Source: a virus. From it: a DNA stretch of 64,000 nt. A model generated the notes under the pieces. It made no database searches. It had not been told where the DNA came from and saw only the letters and a program-made list of their open reading frames with translations. Below, in pieces: positions 35,024-46,800 of the stretch (positions are counted from its first letter, which is position 1; each line of letters starts with the position of its first letter). The position numbers were made by a program, and so were the translations under genes. The DNA is taken from positions 1 to 64,000 of the IMG/VR virus record IMGVR_UViG_3300044972_000601; one strand, written 5' to 3'.

Positions 35024-37771
35024 TTATTTAATTCCTGCAATCTTTAGCCATGATGCTAATTCGTTGTTTGATTCCATAGTGGTTTGTCCCACAACTGCTC
35101 CGGGTTTTTTAAGTGCGGCTGCACGTCTTGCCACATACTCAGGATTGTCAACTTGTAGTAAATTAGATTGATTACCTGGTTTGAAATCCATCGTGTTTGT
35201 TGGTGCAATACTGCCAATTGTGTGGAGGTCTTCTTCTGGCGGCTCAGGTGTGGTGATTGACCTTGTCACTCCAGGCCTGTATATGCCCATTTCAAGGTCG
35301 TCCAAGTTACCGGGTGCACCTGGTAACGCTTTGTTGGATGGTGCACCTGGCATGTTCATGCCTTGTTTAGGCATCTTGCTCATAATACTCTTCATCATGG
35401 CTTGTGGATCCAGTTGGCCGTCGGCACCCATTCCAGGCATATTCATACCTTTCATCATGCTGCCAAGTTTGCCTTGAATACTTTTTTGCATAGCTTCTGG
35501 ACTAGATCCATCAAATCCCATGCCGGTAACCATGTTTCTAAACTTGGCCATTGCATCTGCATAGTTAGCTGGTTTACCATCTATTGTGCCAGTTTGATTA
35601 TTGCTTGCTGTTTGGCCTGCTTGCGGTGCAGTTGGAGTTGTAACACCAGGCATGTCAAAATTATCATCTTCTGAATCTGTTTCGTCAGGCATGTCAAAAT
35701 CCCCATCTTCAGGCCCTTCGTTTGTACCGTGAGGTTGAGGAATTCCAGCCATTTGTTTCATGCGATTTAATCCGCCTGCATCACTGCTGGGATCCATCTT
35801 TTCAATCATGGCCAATACTCGACCAACATCTTCCTTAGTAGCATGTTTGTATTCGCCGTTTTTAAAGTTAGAAACAACATGCTGTTTGGTCCAAGTACCA
35901 CCTTTGGTAAAGTTACCTTCTGTAATTGTGGCATCTCTATTCCAAAAACCAGAAATGCTTTTTAAAATTTCTTGTACGCCATCACCGCCACTACGCGACT
36001 TCATGCCAATGCTTGTTGGATCGATACCACATTCTTGTAACGCACTCATTAGGCTCATTTTTCTAGAACCAAAATCTAATTGTGTGTCGGGGCCAGCACC
36101 GCATTCAACTGCTTTGATCAGCTTGGCTTTTAACTTGCTCATGCCCATGCTTTCTGCTACCGGCGGTGCTGCTGGAGCGGCTGGTGCAGTAGGTTCTGTA
36201 GGTACAGCTGGTTCTGCAGGAGGTGCTTCTGGTGCTGGCATATCTTGTCCGCCAACTGGCATGTCACTGCCTTCTGGACTACTAAATTGTAATTGTCCTG
36301 ATTGAATTAAATCTGCAAGGTCTTTATTGTGTTCAGACATTTGATTTAAAATTACTTCTATACCTGAACGCATATCTAAATTGTTGGTACCACTTAACTG
36401 ATCTAACATAGAAGCAAACTCTGGATCAGGAATTAATTCTTTAACTTTGTTAAGATTCATTCCATCTGGGCCACCTTTGAGTTCAGTCTTAAAAATATTA
36501 TTTAATTCAGCAACTGCACCAGGACGTTGTTGCGGATCAAAAATTCCTCTAAGTGCGGCAGCGCCGTCTTCAGGAAGGATACCATTCATGAAATTTTCAA
36601 ATGCTTGTTCAGGATCAAAGCCTTCCTTCTTAGGAATGCCTTTTTGTGCCAATGCCTTGGCAGCATCTCTTCCAGTACGGTTAGGATTGTTTGGTTTCTT
36701 AAACGGCGACTTTTCTTTCTTGCCGCCTTCACGTGACTTGGCTTCGTCGTCAGTTTCCCAAGGTAAAGTTTCTTCGTCCAACAAATCGTCAGCAGTTAAT
36801 TCACGGATTGGCAATTCGCTTTCGTCGACTAGTTTAAAGATATATGGAAATACGCCTTTTAATTCTTCGTTGAATGTGCGGATAGTCAAACGATCAATCC
36901 AGTCATCCATAACTGCTTCTGGAATCATTTGTTCTTCATGTTCAACAAACGACTCTGCAAATTGTTGATAGTAAGTAGGACGTTGTAAAGAATGAATTTC
37001 TTTCTTTATACTGTCAATGCGTTCCATTACCTTGCTGGTAATGTCGCCCATTGCTTCACTCAGTTGTTCTTGACGTCCAACGTAGTTCTTAAACTTACGC
37101 AGACTTGCTAATTCTTCGCTTAGGCTGGTAATGTGTTGACCAATTCCGTCATACGGATGACCACCAGCTTTAATGTGCTCTGCTAATGCACGGGCACCAT
37201 TTAAATGCTTTACGGGATAACGAAAGCGTTCTCCCATTGCATTTTCAATGTAAATATTTTCAATGTGCATTGTGCGGCCTGCGGCGAGTTCAGGATTAAT
37301 TTGTTGACTGTGTTTAATAATTAATCGTGCTTCTCCGAGATCCTGGTAGCTCATCTTCGAAGTACCAAACAACTTGTTTTCCATAATCATATCATCCTTA
37401 ACTTTGGAGCGAAACGCATAGTCTCTTTTATCTAAATTACTTTTGCCCATTCTTTTAACATCATAATTCAATAGCCTATCTTTGGCAAATTGCCTAAAAC
37501 TGCGAATAAATTTAAATGCACCAGGGTGTTTCTTTGAAACAATATCGCCACTGACTTCTAACACTACGCCCTCATCGGTGTCTAGTGTGATGGAAATCGT
37601 GCCAATTTCGTCACCATCTTCTTTATATTCAAACTCAAAAAATCGAGCTTTGGGTATATCTTGTTTTTTACTCAATACGTTAGCTTCTTCGTCACCGATA
37701 CGAATATCAGGAAAGCGTGTCTGTATTTTTCCGTAAAGGTCTTTGGCAATTGTGTCTAAATTAGCGTCCAT
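35024..37771 (-). CDS. Large acidic hypothetical protein, possible head/internal protein
   Basis: Start reassigned to MDANLD (37771) after ATAAATA; follows terminase. Confidence 0.75.
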   Translation of the reverse strand: MDANLDTIAKDLYGKIQTRFPDIRIGDEEANVLSKKQDIPKARFFEFEYKEDGDEIGTISITLDTDEGVVLEVSGDIVSKKHPGAFKFIRSFRQFAKDRLLNYDVKRMGKSNLDKRDYAFRSKVKDDMIMENKLFGTSKMSYQDLGEARLIIKHSQQINPELAAGRTMHIENIYIENAMGERFRYPVKHLNGARALAEHIKAGGHPYDGIGQHITSLSEELASLRKFKNYVGRQEQLSEAMGDITSKVMERIDSIKKEIHSLQRPTYYQQFAESFVEHEEQMIPEAVMDDWIDRLTIRTFNEELKGVFPYIFKLVDESELPIRELTADDLLDEETLPWETDDEAKSREGGKKEKSPFKKPNNPNRTGRDAAKALAQKGIPKKEGFDPEQAFENFMNGILPEDGAAALRGIFDPQQRPGAVAELNNIFKTELKGGPDGMNLNKVKELIPDPEFASMLDQLSGTNNLDMRSGIEVILNQMSEHNKDLADLIQSGQLQFSSPEGSDMPVGGQDMPAPEAPPAEPAVPTEPTAPAAPAAPPVAESMGMSKLKAKLIKAVECGAGPDTQLDFGSRKMSLMSALQECGIDPTSIGMKSRSGGDGVQEILKSISGFWNRDATITEGNFTKGGTWTKQHVVSNFKNGEYKHATKEDVGRVLAMIEKMDPSSDAGGLNRMKQMAGIPQPHGTNEGPEDGDFDMPDETDSEDDNFDMPGVTTPTAPQAGQTASNNQTGTIDGKPANYADAMAKFRNMVTGMGFDGSSPEAMQKSIQGKLGSMMKGMNMPGMGADGQLDPQAMMKSIMSKMPKQGMNMPGAPSNKALPGAPGNLDDLEMGIYRPGVTRSITTPEPPEEDLHTIGSIAPTNTMDFKPGNQSNLLQVDNPEYVARRAAALKKPGAVVGQTTMESNNELASWLKIAGIK

Positions 37772-37781
37772 ATGATATTTA

Positions 37782-39377
37782 TCAAACGTTAGAGGAAATG
37801 AATATGGGTAGTGGTGCGTCCCAATCTTCGGCGAAATCGCTGTTAACACTCATTGTTTCAAATACCAAAGGATCCCATTCTGCTAAAATAACACTCATAC
37901 GTATTACAAGTAATAATGCACTTACCAAGTCATCATGTTGCCCAGTTTTAGCTTTGAAACTTGTGCCAGCCGCAATAAATGCCTTGAGTTCTGTGATCAA
38001 GGGTCTGCTGTTTAGCTTCATTTTATTTTCTTCAATTAGGTATTTCAAGCGGGCACACGCTGATATTTTACTGCCAAATGTGGTGTTGAATCCTTTACGG
38101 AATTTACGTATATGCCCTTTCTTAACTGGCTCGCTGACAAATAATCCTGGGAATGTTTCCTCTCCAAGATCCTTGATAACAACCAATGCGGCTTCACCTA
38201 CTGTGTTATTTTCGCATGACCAGTAAATGCTGTTGGTGTATTCTTGGCCAATTTCGTCTTGAATATATCTCACTATGTCTCTAAATATTCTAATTTGATC
38301 TTGAATAATTGTTAGATTGTGTTGCCATTCACCACATTGCGTCATACTGGGCAATTCGAATATTTGTATGGCTGCAAAATCTCCGCCTGTTCCTAAACTG
38401 GGATCCAGTGCAACAACATACAAGTTTCCGGGCGTTGGCTTTTTAAACCATCGTACTTGCCCCATCTTAGTAATAGGCTCTTTGCCAGTGAGTTCGCTAA
38501 GTTTAATACTGTTGATAAGCGTTTCGTCATACACTAGAAATTCACATCCGTATTCACGACGAAACCGTTCTTCTCCAATACGACCCATCTCAACTTGCTT
38601 CCATGCATCATCACGATCCGGATGTTCATTCCATTCAGCACGGAATCCATGAAAGCCGTTGATGCCAAGGCCGTCTGGTTTTTCGTTGCCGAACTCGTCA
38701 AATGTGTTTTTGCTTTCTTTCCAAATTAGTGCAAATTCATCTTCGTCACTGTTGGGTGTACTAGTAATAATTGCACGGCCACCAGTTGCTAGTGTCGGGG
38801 AAATTGAAGTCCAAAACTCTGTGGCGATGTTAGGTTGCACAAATGCAAACTCATCGCAATACAATAAGGATATTGACATACCGCGACCAGTATTACCGGT
38901 AGTAGTTGCTGAAACAATTCTTGATCCATTTTCAAACTCAATAGAGCCCTTGTTATAGTTTACTACACCTGCACGAATATGGTCAGGGCATAGTTCGTAT
39001 CCGTAACGGATACGTTGCATAATTTCCTGTGAGCCGGTGTATTTGTGTGCGGCAACTAGAATAGTTTGATCCGGGTGGAACATAGCAAACCATAACAAGT
39101 ATGCACTTGCACATGTTGTCTTGCCGCTTTGGCGTGGCAGCATGTTTATGTTAAAACGATAATCGTGATAACTTTGTAATAGTCGTTCTTGGTATTCAAA
39201 TGGTTCAAACAACAACTTGCCTTTGACAGGATGTTGTATATAGAAAAACTTTTTACTGAAATGCAAATAGCCATTTACCGGATCGGAACAATCCAACAGC
39301 TCTTTGATATCAGCTTCTGTGAACTTTTCTTTTGTGTGGGCTTTCTTGGTGATTACACCATCTAAACTTTTTGACAT
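37782..39377 (-). CDS. 17: Terminase large subunit (gp17)
   Basis: PRQSGKTT, LYCDEFAF, STPN, ALDPSLG, HDDLV. Confidence 0.95.
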   Translation of the reverse strand: MSKSLDGVITKKAHTKEKFTEADIKELLDCSDPVNGYLHFSKKFFYIQHPVKGKLLFEPFEYQERLLQSYHDYRFNINMLPRQSGKTTCASAYLLWFAMFHPDQTILVAAHKYTGSQEIMQRIRYGYELCPDHIRAGVVNYNKGSIEFENGSRIVSATTTGNTGRGMSISLLYCDEFAFVQPNIATEFWTSISPTLATGGRAIITSTPNSDEDEFALIWKESKNTFDEFGNEKPDGLGINGFHGFRAEWNEHPDRDDAWKQVEMGRIGEERFRREYGCEFLVYDETLINSIKLSELTGKEPITKMGQVRWFKKPTPGNLYVVALDPSLGTGGDFAAIQIFELPSMTQCGEWQHNLTIIQDQIRIFRDIVRYIQDEIGQEYTNSIYWSCENNTVGEAALVVIKDLGEETFPGLFVSEPVKKGHIRKFRKGFNTTFGSKISACARLKYLIEENKMKLNSRPLITELKAFIAAGTSFKAKTGQHDDLVSALLLVIRMSVILAEWDPLVFETMSVNSDFAEDWDAPLPIFISSNV

Positions 39378-39391
39378 AACTTTATTTACAT

Positions 39392-39419
39392 AAAAAAAGC
39401 ACCGCGAAGGTGCTTTTTT
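39392..39419. terminator. Intrinsic terminator (A/T runs on both sides)
   Basis: AAAAAAAGCACC-GCGAA-GGTGCTTTTTT. Confidence 0.8.
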
Positions 39420-39437
39420 GGTATCTTGAACAAATGT

Positions 39438-40199
39438 TTATCTTTCCATACGATCGTTGTAATCGTTACGCATACGTTCTTTTTTATCTTTTAATGCTTG
39501 TAAACGTTTCTTAGCTGACTCATCTCCGTCAGCTGCTTTTTTCTTCAAGCTGTCTTCTTGTGATTTTTCTAGGTCGCGACGATGTTCAGCATCTACTGAA
39601 TTTGGGTTATATGCTTCGTCATATTTGTTGTACTTTTTGCGGATAGCATCCATTTCTTCTTCGCCGGCTTCTTTAATTTCTTGATATAAACTTGACAACT
39701 GACTAACAAGTTCTTCGCTTACTTGAGTGTAAGGATTGCCGCCGCCATGGGCTTTGGGTACTTCGTGATCACCGCGTCCTGAGTTTGATCCAAGGTCAGT
39801 GACTGCGGATGGTGGAAAAATTTTCTTACCGCTGGCACCTGCCATGGAGTTTGCAAATGCTTCCATCTCTGGTTCCATCTCTCCGCCAAACACTACATCA
39901 ATTGCATCATGGTCTGCATGTGGCTCGCCAACATTTTCAATACCTTTTAGAATATTCATCAAATCACGGATGCCGCCATCACCTGAACCATTCATGCTAA
40001 CATTCATGGTAACTGAGTTGCTTTGAGCAGGATGGCCGTGGCCCATGCTTGTAGGAAGTGCCATCATGTCGCCACATTCTTCTACATCAGCTGCCGGCTG
40101 TGGTATTGGCATTACCGTATCGCCGCCGTCACCGCCGTCCGAGTGAATGTCACGTTCGTCGATAGCTTTAATCTTTTTATAAATGTCTGAGAAGTTCAT
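39438..40199 (-). CDS. Acidic hypothetical protein (prohead core/internal candidate)
   Basis: Composition and late-cluster position. Confidence 0.7.
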   Translation of the reverse strand: MNFSDIYKKIKAIDERDIHSDGGDGGDTVMPIPQPAADVEECGDMMALPTSMGHGHPAQSNSVTMNVSMNGSGDGGIRDLMNILKGIENVGEPHADHDAIDVVFGGEMEPEMEAFANSMAGASGKKIFPPSAVTDLGSNSGRGDHEVPKAHGGGNPYTQVSEELVSQLSSLYQEIKEAGEEEMDAIRKKYNKYDEAYNPNSVDAEHRRDLEKSQEDSLKKKAADGDESAKKRLQALKDKKERMRNDYNDRMER

Positions 40200-40200
40200 A

Positions 40201-40809
40201 TTATTTTCCTTTCCTCGGGTCTGGATTTGTTACTTTACCAAAGACCCCGGTAGTCGATGATAGCTTTTCTGATTTTGTAGATTTTTCGCTTGGAGCTTTT
40301 TTTGCCAACAATTTTTCGTTAACACCTTTGTACTGTGTAAGCTCAGCTTTGTTTTTGTTTAACTCTTTTAACAAACTCATAACATGCTTCTCACCAACTT
40401 TATCCTGGCCAGTACTTTTGTCGTATTCTTTTTCAATCAATGCTTCTCCACTTAGTTCGTCATTGGCATGATTAAGTTCTTCTTCTTCTTGTTCTTTTAA
40501 ATTACGTACTTTAATGCAACCTGCTGGAACACCACAATGTTCTGCAACTAAGTTTTGTACTTCTAAACTGGTGGCAGGATAGCTTGTGCATACGTCAAAC
40601 ATAGTGATACCTACATTTGCTAATCCTGGAAAATCTGTTTGAGTTTCTTGAATAGGAGTGCTTTTTCCACTGCTACAACTTTCAACTTGGAACTTGGATA
40701 AGGCCCGTTTAATCAGCATAGAACAGTCTTTAGGACAGTCTCCTGCAATTTTAACTTTAAATTCGTAGACTTGTTTATTCTCTACTAAGTATTCTTTGAA
40801 TGATTTCAT
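40201..40809 (-). CDS. Hypothetical late protein
   Basis: MKSFKEYLVE N-terminus; ATAAATA upstream. Confidence 0.7.
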   Translation of the reverse strand: MKSFKEYLVENKQVYEFKVKIAGDCPKDCSMLIKRALSKFQVESCSSGKSTPIQETQTDFPGLANVGITMFDVCTSYPATSLEVQNLVAEHCGVPAGCIKVRNLKEQEEEELNHANDELSGEALIEKEYDKSTGQDKVGEKHVMSLLKELNKNKAELTQYKGVNEKLLAKKAPSEKSTKSEKLSSTTGVFGKVTNPDPRKGK

Positions 40810-40830
40810 GTTAGATTCCTGATAGTGTAT

Positions 40831-41307
40831 TTATTTCATATTGCGTAGTTTTTCTAATAAACTATTGCGATCAGTGATAATAACACCATCGCCTTGTATA
40901 CTAATGCCAGAATCTTCTTGAATTGAATCGTTATCTAATTTCTGTTTCTTAAGCTGAAGATCAATCATCTTTAATTTCTTATCTATTTTGGCAGCTTTGG
41001 CATCAATAGCATTTTTTAACATTCCGCCAGCAACTTCAAAAATACGTCCACTATAACGTGCTTCCACATTCATACCCAAATCCATGAGATCGTCAAATGC
41101 GTCTGTAGCACGGGTTGCAAGTGCGTCAAATTCTGCATCGCTTTCAGCAAGGCCTTTTACAGCAGGTAATGCAGCCGAAATCTTGTCAAACTCTGACATG
41201 TCACGGAGGAACGGCTGAGCCATTTCTGCCTTGGCAGCAGCTTTTTCTTCGTCCTTGACAACTTTCTTGCTTTCAGGTAGGTTTAAAATTTCTTCAAGTT
41301 TCTTCAT
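40831..41307 (-). CDS. 16: Terminase small subunit (gp16-like)
   Basis: GRIFEVAGGML...coiled coil...DRNSLL pattern. Confidence 0.6.
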   Translation of the reverse strand: MKKLEEILNLPESKKVVKDEEKAAAKAEMAQPFLRDMSEFDKISAALPAVKGLAESDAEFDALATRATDAFDDLMDLGMNVEARYSGRIFEVAGGMLKNAIDAKAAKIDKKLKMIDLQLKKQKLDNDSIQEDSGISIQGDGVIITDRNSLLEKLRNMK

Positions 41308-41315
41308 AATAATAC

Positions 41316-41753
41316 TTATGCGTTTCCTTGGTGGAACAAATCGTTTTCGTTAAGGATGCGGAACTTTATGCCCTGTTGCCTGCACCATACACTGGCAGCG
41401 GCCCACTTGGCTTGATTCTTAACGTACTGTGCTTGATTATATTTGTTCTTGCCGACACGTTCTAATATAGTCTGACTTGCGGGTTTAACTTCAATTAATT
41501 CCACTATGATTTTGTTATTTTTATCCACATATTGGATGAAAAAATCAGGAACATATATTGTGTTGCGACCAGTCAGTGGATCTCGGTAAGGTATGTTGAT
41601 AGCTTCGCTGGCCCATTTTTGAACACTTTTATTGGTGTCGCAAAATCGCATAAAACTCCATTCCCAACTGCTACGATATGTAGGAATCTTAGTGCCCACA
41701 TACTTTTCAGGTTGTGTCATGGTAAACTTACCGCGGGCAAATTTACTGGCCAT
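41316..41753 (-). CDS. 4: Head completion nuclease (gp4-like)
   Basis: YRSSWE..FMRFCD, WASE, YVPDF, IEVKP, NQAKW. Confidence 0.88.
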   Translation of the reverse strand: MASKFARGKFTMTQPEKYVGTKIPTYRSSWEWSFMRFCDTNKSVQKWASEAINIPYRDPLTGRNTIYVPDFFIQYVDKNNKIIVELIEVKPASQTILERVGKNKYNQAQYVKNQAKWAAASVWCRQQGIKFRILNENDLFHQGNA

Positions 41754-41754
41754 A

Positions 41755-42120
41755 TTACACTAAGATATTGCGGCTTTCGTAGCTATCTGCAAGTGGTGCA
41801 ATTCGATATCCAAGCAAGCTAATTTTTTCTCTGTAAGAGTTTAGTATCTGTGCTATAATCTGACTTAATTTTACATCAGTTAATGACGTCAATGTATCTA
41901 ACAGTTCAAAAGAATTTACGTTATCTAGTCTTGCTTGATTAAGTAACACAATTGCAATGCTTCTTGCACCTTCTGTGTCAAATCCTCGTTTTAAGAAAAA
42001 TCCAACGCTTGCATCTATTTCGTTGGCTGGAAAACTAACTGCATTAACAAAAAACTTATCAAAGAACTGTTTAGTATCAAGTGTTGAATTTGTATTAACG
42101 GTTGGTAAATTACTGGCCAT
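41755..42120 (-). CDS. Hypothetical virion-associated protein
   Basis: Tail operon position. Confidence 0.7.
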   Translation of the reverse strand: MASNLPTVNTNSTLDTKQFFDKFFVNAVSFPANEIDASVGFFLKRGFDTEGARSIAIVLLNQARLDNVNSFELLDTLTSLTDVKLSQIIAQILNSYREKISLLGYRIAPLADSYESRNILV

Positions 42121-43121
42121 TATGGTTCTATACCTAAATTAATTTTTTTAGCAACTGTGGTGTTGCTGTTCGCTACGTTAAGCGATTGCGGAAATGTAGT
42201 ATTTTGAATTCCGCCAACAGTTTGTATAGTGTTTGTTGACAACAGCCCAGATACACCGGATGCAGGCCTAGTTTGTGTATTTTGATATGAATTAATACTA
42301 GTCACAGTATTATTTAATGACTCTACTGCATTGTTAGTAACATTTTGTTGAGATACAAAACTTGGGCTTGCATTGTCAACTTGTGGCAATCCTTGCAACG
42401 GGCTTGGAGTTAAGTCATAATGTTCTAAGCCCCATCCTTCAACGTTCTCCGAACTCACAGTTCCCATTTCATAACTGACTGCTTCGTATCCCAAAGCCAT
42501 AGAAAATTCATGTAAATCTTTGGATGCATATCCTACTTCTTTATGGTCGAATTCTTTAATAATAGGATTATGTAATTTATAACTAACATACTCGTGTCTG
42601 GCCATCTGATATATTTTAATATAATTAAAAAACGGTGCAGTACTACCGTTATCTAACCCGTATGCAGTTTTAATAAAATCACTGTTTCTAGTGGCGTTTC
42701 TGTTGTAAGAACCTGATGCTTTGGCACTTAATGAATCAGCATAATAATAACTGTAGTAGTTTTGCCACAACTGATTAATCAGGCTCATGTTGTCATCGTG
42801 AAATGTAATTCTGGCATCTTCAAATTTGTGTTGAAATTGTATTATTTTTTTTCTATTGTACTGATTAACTTGGTCAGTGCTTATTGTAAACTTGGGCAAG
42901 TTGATCTTTTTAACCAACACACTAATCTCATTTCTATGACGTTGGGACAGGTCTATTGTTTTCAATGCCGCCGGATTGATATTAAATGCCACGTGAAATT
43001 GAAAATCAAACTTGGGTGCAAGTCTGAACTGATCCGATACAAATGTTCTACTTGCGTGTTGAAAATCACGCAATAATACATGCGAATTTGCTGTCAAAAA
43101 TTTAGTTGGAGTGAATGCCAT
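42120..43121 (-). CDS. Tail-tube-like baseplate/tube initiator (gp48/gp54-like)
   Basis: VKKINLPKF...NQYNRK...ITFHDD, next to tail tube. Confidence 0.65.
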   Translation of the reverse strand: MAFTPTKFLTANSHVLLRDFQHASRTFVSDQFRLAPKFDFQFHVAFNINPAALKTIDLSQRHRNEISVLVKKINLPKFTISTDQVNQYNRKKIIQFQHKFEDARITFHDDNMSLINQLWQNYYSYYYADSLSAKASGSYNRNATRNSDFIKTAYGLDNGSTAPFFNYIKIYQMARHEYVSYKLHNPIIKEFDHKEVGYASKDLHEFSMALGYEAVSYEMGTVSSENVEGWGLEHYDLTPSPLQGLPQVDNASPSFVSQQNVTNNAVESLNNTVTSINSYQNTQTRPASGVSGLLSTNTIQTVGGIQNTTFPQSLNVANSNTTVAKKINLGIEP

Positions 43122-43170
43122 AACAGTATTTATTTAAAATATAAACTACGTAGTTAATGATCAGTCGTTT

Positions 43171-43194
43171 AAAAACCCACCGAAGTGGGTTTTT
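43171..43194 (-). terminator. Terminator after tail tube
   Basis: AAAAACCCAC-CGAA-GTGGGTTTTT (UUCG loop on minus strand). Confidence 0.8.
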
Positions 43195-43201
43195 ATATAT
43201 C

Positions 43202-43837
43202 TTAGTAAAGTCCGCCGCCAGTAACAGCAGTACCACGCTTTTGTTGGAATCCAGAAGTGCCAAATCCTGCGCCAGCGCCAATTTGTTGTGCGTTATCATA
43301 TTGAATTGACAAGTCGATTAACATGATATCTGCACTGCCTGTGTAGCTAAGTGCTTGGTAGTTGGTTGATTCTAAGTAGCAACCATACAATTCCCAAGTT
43401 TCGAGTACTGTGATTGCTTCAGCACCATTGCCGCCGTCAAGCATTTCGATACGTGTGATAAACTTGTAATCGCCTGCAGATGTAGCACTTGCCTGCTCAA
43501 AGAAGTCAAACTGTTTTTGATTCTGTTCGCCAACAAGTTTGGTAACTGCGTTGGTGATATCATCACGTAGTTTGATCGCAACAGGTGTAAAAGTTGGCTT
43601 ACCAGCATAATGAATCTTGCTGTTGTAAACTTCGATGGTCTTGTCTTCAAACTTAACGCTTGGGCGTGCCGCATCAGCGACTTGTTTTGTTAATTCAACA
43701 GTACTACCTGATACACCAAAGTTTTCAAATGAAACACGGAATCTGTATTTCATTTTTGGCATTAGTAGACCCTGTGTAGCAGAGCTTTGATTGCTTGCTA
43801 ACGGTACTGTAAATCTTGATAATGATGCAATTGACAT
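43202..43837 (-). CDS. 19: Tail tube protein (gp19-like)
   Basis: YRFRV, YAGK, LDG, WELYGC, IQYD; follows sheath. Confidence 0.85.
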   Translation of the reverse strand: MSIASLSRFTVPLASNQSSATQGLLMPKMKYRFRVSFENFGVSGSTVELTKQVADAARPSVKFEDKTIEVYNSKIHYAGKPTFTPVAIKLRDDITNAVTKLVGEQNQKQFDFFEQASATSAGDYKFITRIEMLDGGNGAEAITVLETWELYGCYLESTNYQALSYTGSADIMLIDLSIQYDNAQQIGAGAGFGTSGFQQKRGTAVTGGGLY

Positions 43838-43854
43838 TTATGTTCTCCTAATTA

Positions 43855-46800
43855 TTATAGACCTGCTATCTCGCCAGTGTTCTTCAAGCGTAGTGGAATG
43901 TAAATAAATTCAACTGCTTTCACTGGTTCAATTGCAACATCAAGGTATAGTTCGCTGCGATCGATTCTTGCAGGCGTATTATTTGAAGTATCGCACACTA
44001 CCAAGTAGTCGTACAATGCACGTTGTCCTACTAATTCAAGCAATAGACTTTCTGCGGCTTGTTTAATTTCATTACGTGTGATAGTGTCGTTTGGTTCAAA
44101 CACATATGGTTTTGCCAACTGGGCAAACTGTCTACGTAGATAAATCACCAAACGTGCCACGTTAATGCGATCCAATGAGCTCGCAGTTAATTGTCGTGTA
44201 TATTGTCCAAAGTTAACTAGACCAGTGCCTGTGATGAATGTGATTGGGTTCACATGAATGCTTGCTAGCGTATCACGTTGTCCGTTGTTCAATGCAGTTG
44301 CATTAAATTCACCAGTTAGCGGATCAACATAACCCACTGAGCTAACATTAGTAATACCGCCACGGCGTGTTCCTGCTGGAGCAAACCATGGATAAGAGAC
44401 ATTATCGCTTAGAGCAATTGTACGCAACATCATGTGGCTTGGAGGAACAACAATGTTGTTGCCTAACAAGTCTGTGGTATAACCCCATGGATAGAACACA
44501 CCAAGATAAGCATCTGTTGCAATTAATCCGTCATCGCCGTTAACTGTTGCGTTTGCTGTGTTGTTACCCCAGTTGCTTAGTGTAGTAGCATCTGGTGTTA
44601 AACGTGCTGGTGTATCGCCAACCACGAATGCAGTTTGTCCACGGTCGTAGTTTAAGCCAACCAATGCTGTAATTGCTTCAGTATAACCTGGGCAAGCCAT
44701 CAAGTTGAAAATAAGTGATTCTTCATCACGCATGTTTGTGTTGCCGTTGATTTCTGCATTGATTGCAGCAAGTACAACTTGACGTACAGCCTTGCGTCCA
44801 AATGATCCAGCACCATTAACTTGGTTGGCAGCATAGCTAACCCAGCGAGCTGGATAGTAGTCTGTCATCACTTCATCACCAAATCGGATGTTACGTGCAA
44901 GAACATCAACATAAGTTTCTTGATAACGTTTAACGTTAAATCCACTACGACGCAAATTCCATAACAATGTTCCTGATGGATACAATGCAGGATCTGGACA
45001 GTCAAAATCTACAAAATCGCTGCCTAACAAGTCAACTATAGGACTAGCGTCAGGACCTTCACCAGTTGTGTTCCAACGTGCGTCTGCAAATAAAACACCA
45101 TTTTGTGTTGTTTGATCTGCGTTATCAAGTAGTACCCATTTCTTAGTGGTAAAGTTAAATTTATAGATTAATGGGAAGTTTTCTAAATCAGCAGTACTGA
45201 TCCACAAATCTCCGTTTACCAGTGCAGTTCCATCAGACTGTAATGTTGGTCTAGTTGCACTAACAATCGGACCTGTTGGATTACTGCCTGCAATACTGCT
45301 ATAACCCTTCCAAATTGTACCGTTATGCACCATGATATCAACTTCGTCAATCATGGTGTTGTACCACAATGTACCGTCTGTTGGTGTTGATGTAGGTGCA
45401 GTGTCACTTGATGTAATATCAAAAGACTCTGTCCACAAACTTGCAACACCATCTGCAACACCTGTTGGATCTAGGTAGAAATTAGTAGTTGTACCAGCTG
45501 CAAATAGTTGATTTATCGGAGCACCAGTTCCGTCGGTGAATTTAATGTCGCCGCCGTCTGTGTGACTAATAACAATTTGATTAGTAGTAGTTCTTGTGGC
45601 AGTTACTGGAAGACCAGTTAGTTGAGAATGTAACTGATCCAACAATGAATTTACGTTTTGCACAGGATCAGTTCCTGCTGTAAATGTAACAGTGACATTG
45701 GTGTAGGTATTTGATCCTGCACGGCTTACGTCCAATTGGAATGTATTAGTGCCAGCAGTGAAATTACGGGCAGTTGTGATTGCAATCGAAGTTACTATAG
45801 TTGGACCAACTCCTGAACGTGCATAAATTTTAAAATCTGCTTCGTTGGTTGTTTCGGCATCATTTGTTTTTACATAAACAGTACCGATTGCTAGGCCTAG
45901 TCCACCTGTTAATGGATCTAATCCGTTAAGGGCCTGGGCTGCTGTTGGGTATAACGAAACTGCTTGCTCTACAAAGGCACCAGTAGTTGCACTGTATTTT
46001 TTAATAATATAGTCTGCACCTTGATTAGGTTTAGTTGTCTTAACCCAGATTGAACCAGTTGGAGCATTGTCTGCATCGAATGTTGGAACTGAAGTGTGTT
46101 TGCTGATTTGTAATACAGGAGCGATATAAGTAGTTGAAGATAATCCAACTTTTGCTACAGTAGTGCCACTGATCACAATGTCAACACCACTAGAATAAAG
46201 ATTTAAAAATCCGCTAATTGCGGCTGCTTTAACACCACCTGCAGAAATGTTTGCAGCATTGATGGCAGCAGCCAATGCAGTCACTGACTCAACACCAGTT
46301 ACAGTAACACTGTTAATAACAATTTCGTCGCCCACTAGCAGAGTGGGACTAACTATGTTTCCAGTGGCAGCAGGCCAACTTGCTTTCCAAGCACCTGTTC
46401 CAACTTTAACCCATGTTCCTGCGGCTGTGTTTGTTAAAACTTTTTTGTAGTACAATCTATTAAGACTTGTAGTTGCTACCAGTGCATACTCGCCGTTGGC
46501 ACCAACTGAAGTTGCAGGATCTCCGTCTGCAACTGCTCCGACTAGTTGATTAACATCAGTGATGATTGTTGGGTAACGAACATTGTCCGTGCCAAATGTG
46601 CCAGTGTCTGCGTTATATTGGTTGACGCCAAATTTGGTGTCCGCAGTAGCAAACCAGTATGTTCCGTCAGCTGGTGCACCAGTAGGTGCTTCTGCTTTGC
46701 CTGTCAGTTGGTCAAGATCTAAATCTGCACGTACCACATACGCACGATTGCTCACCCCTAAGAAGCTGTATGCAGCCTCTAAACCATACTCATTCTGTTC

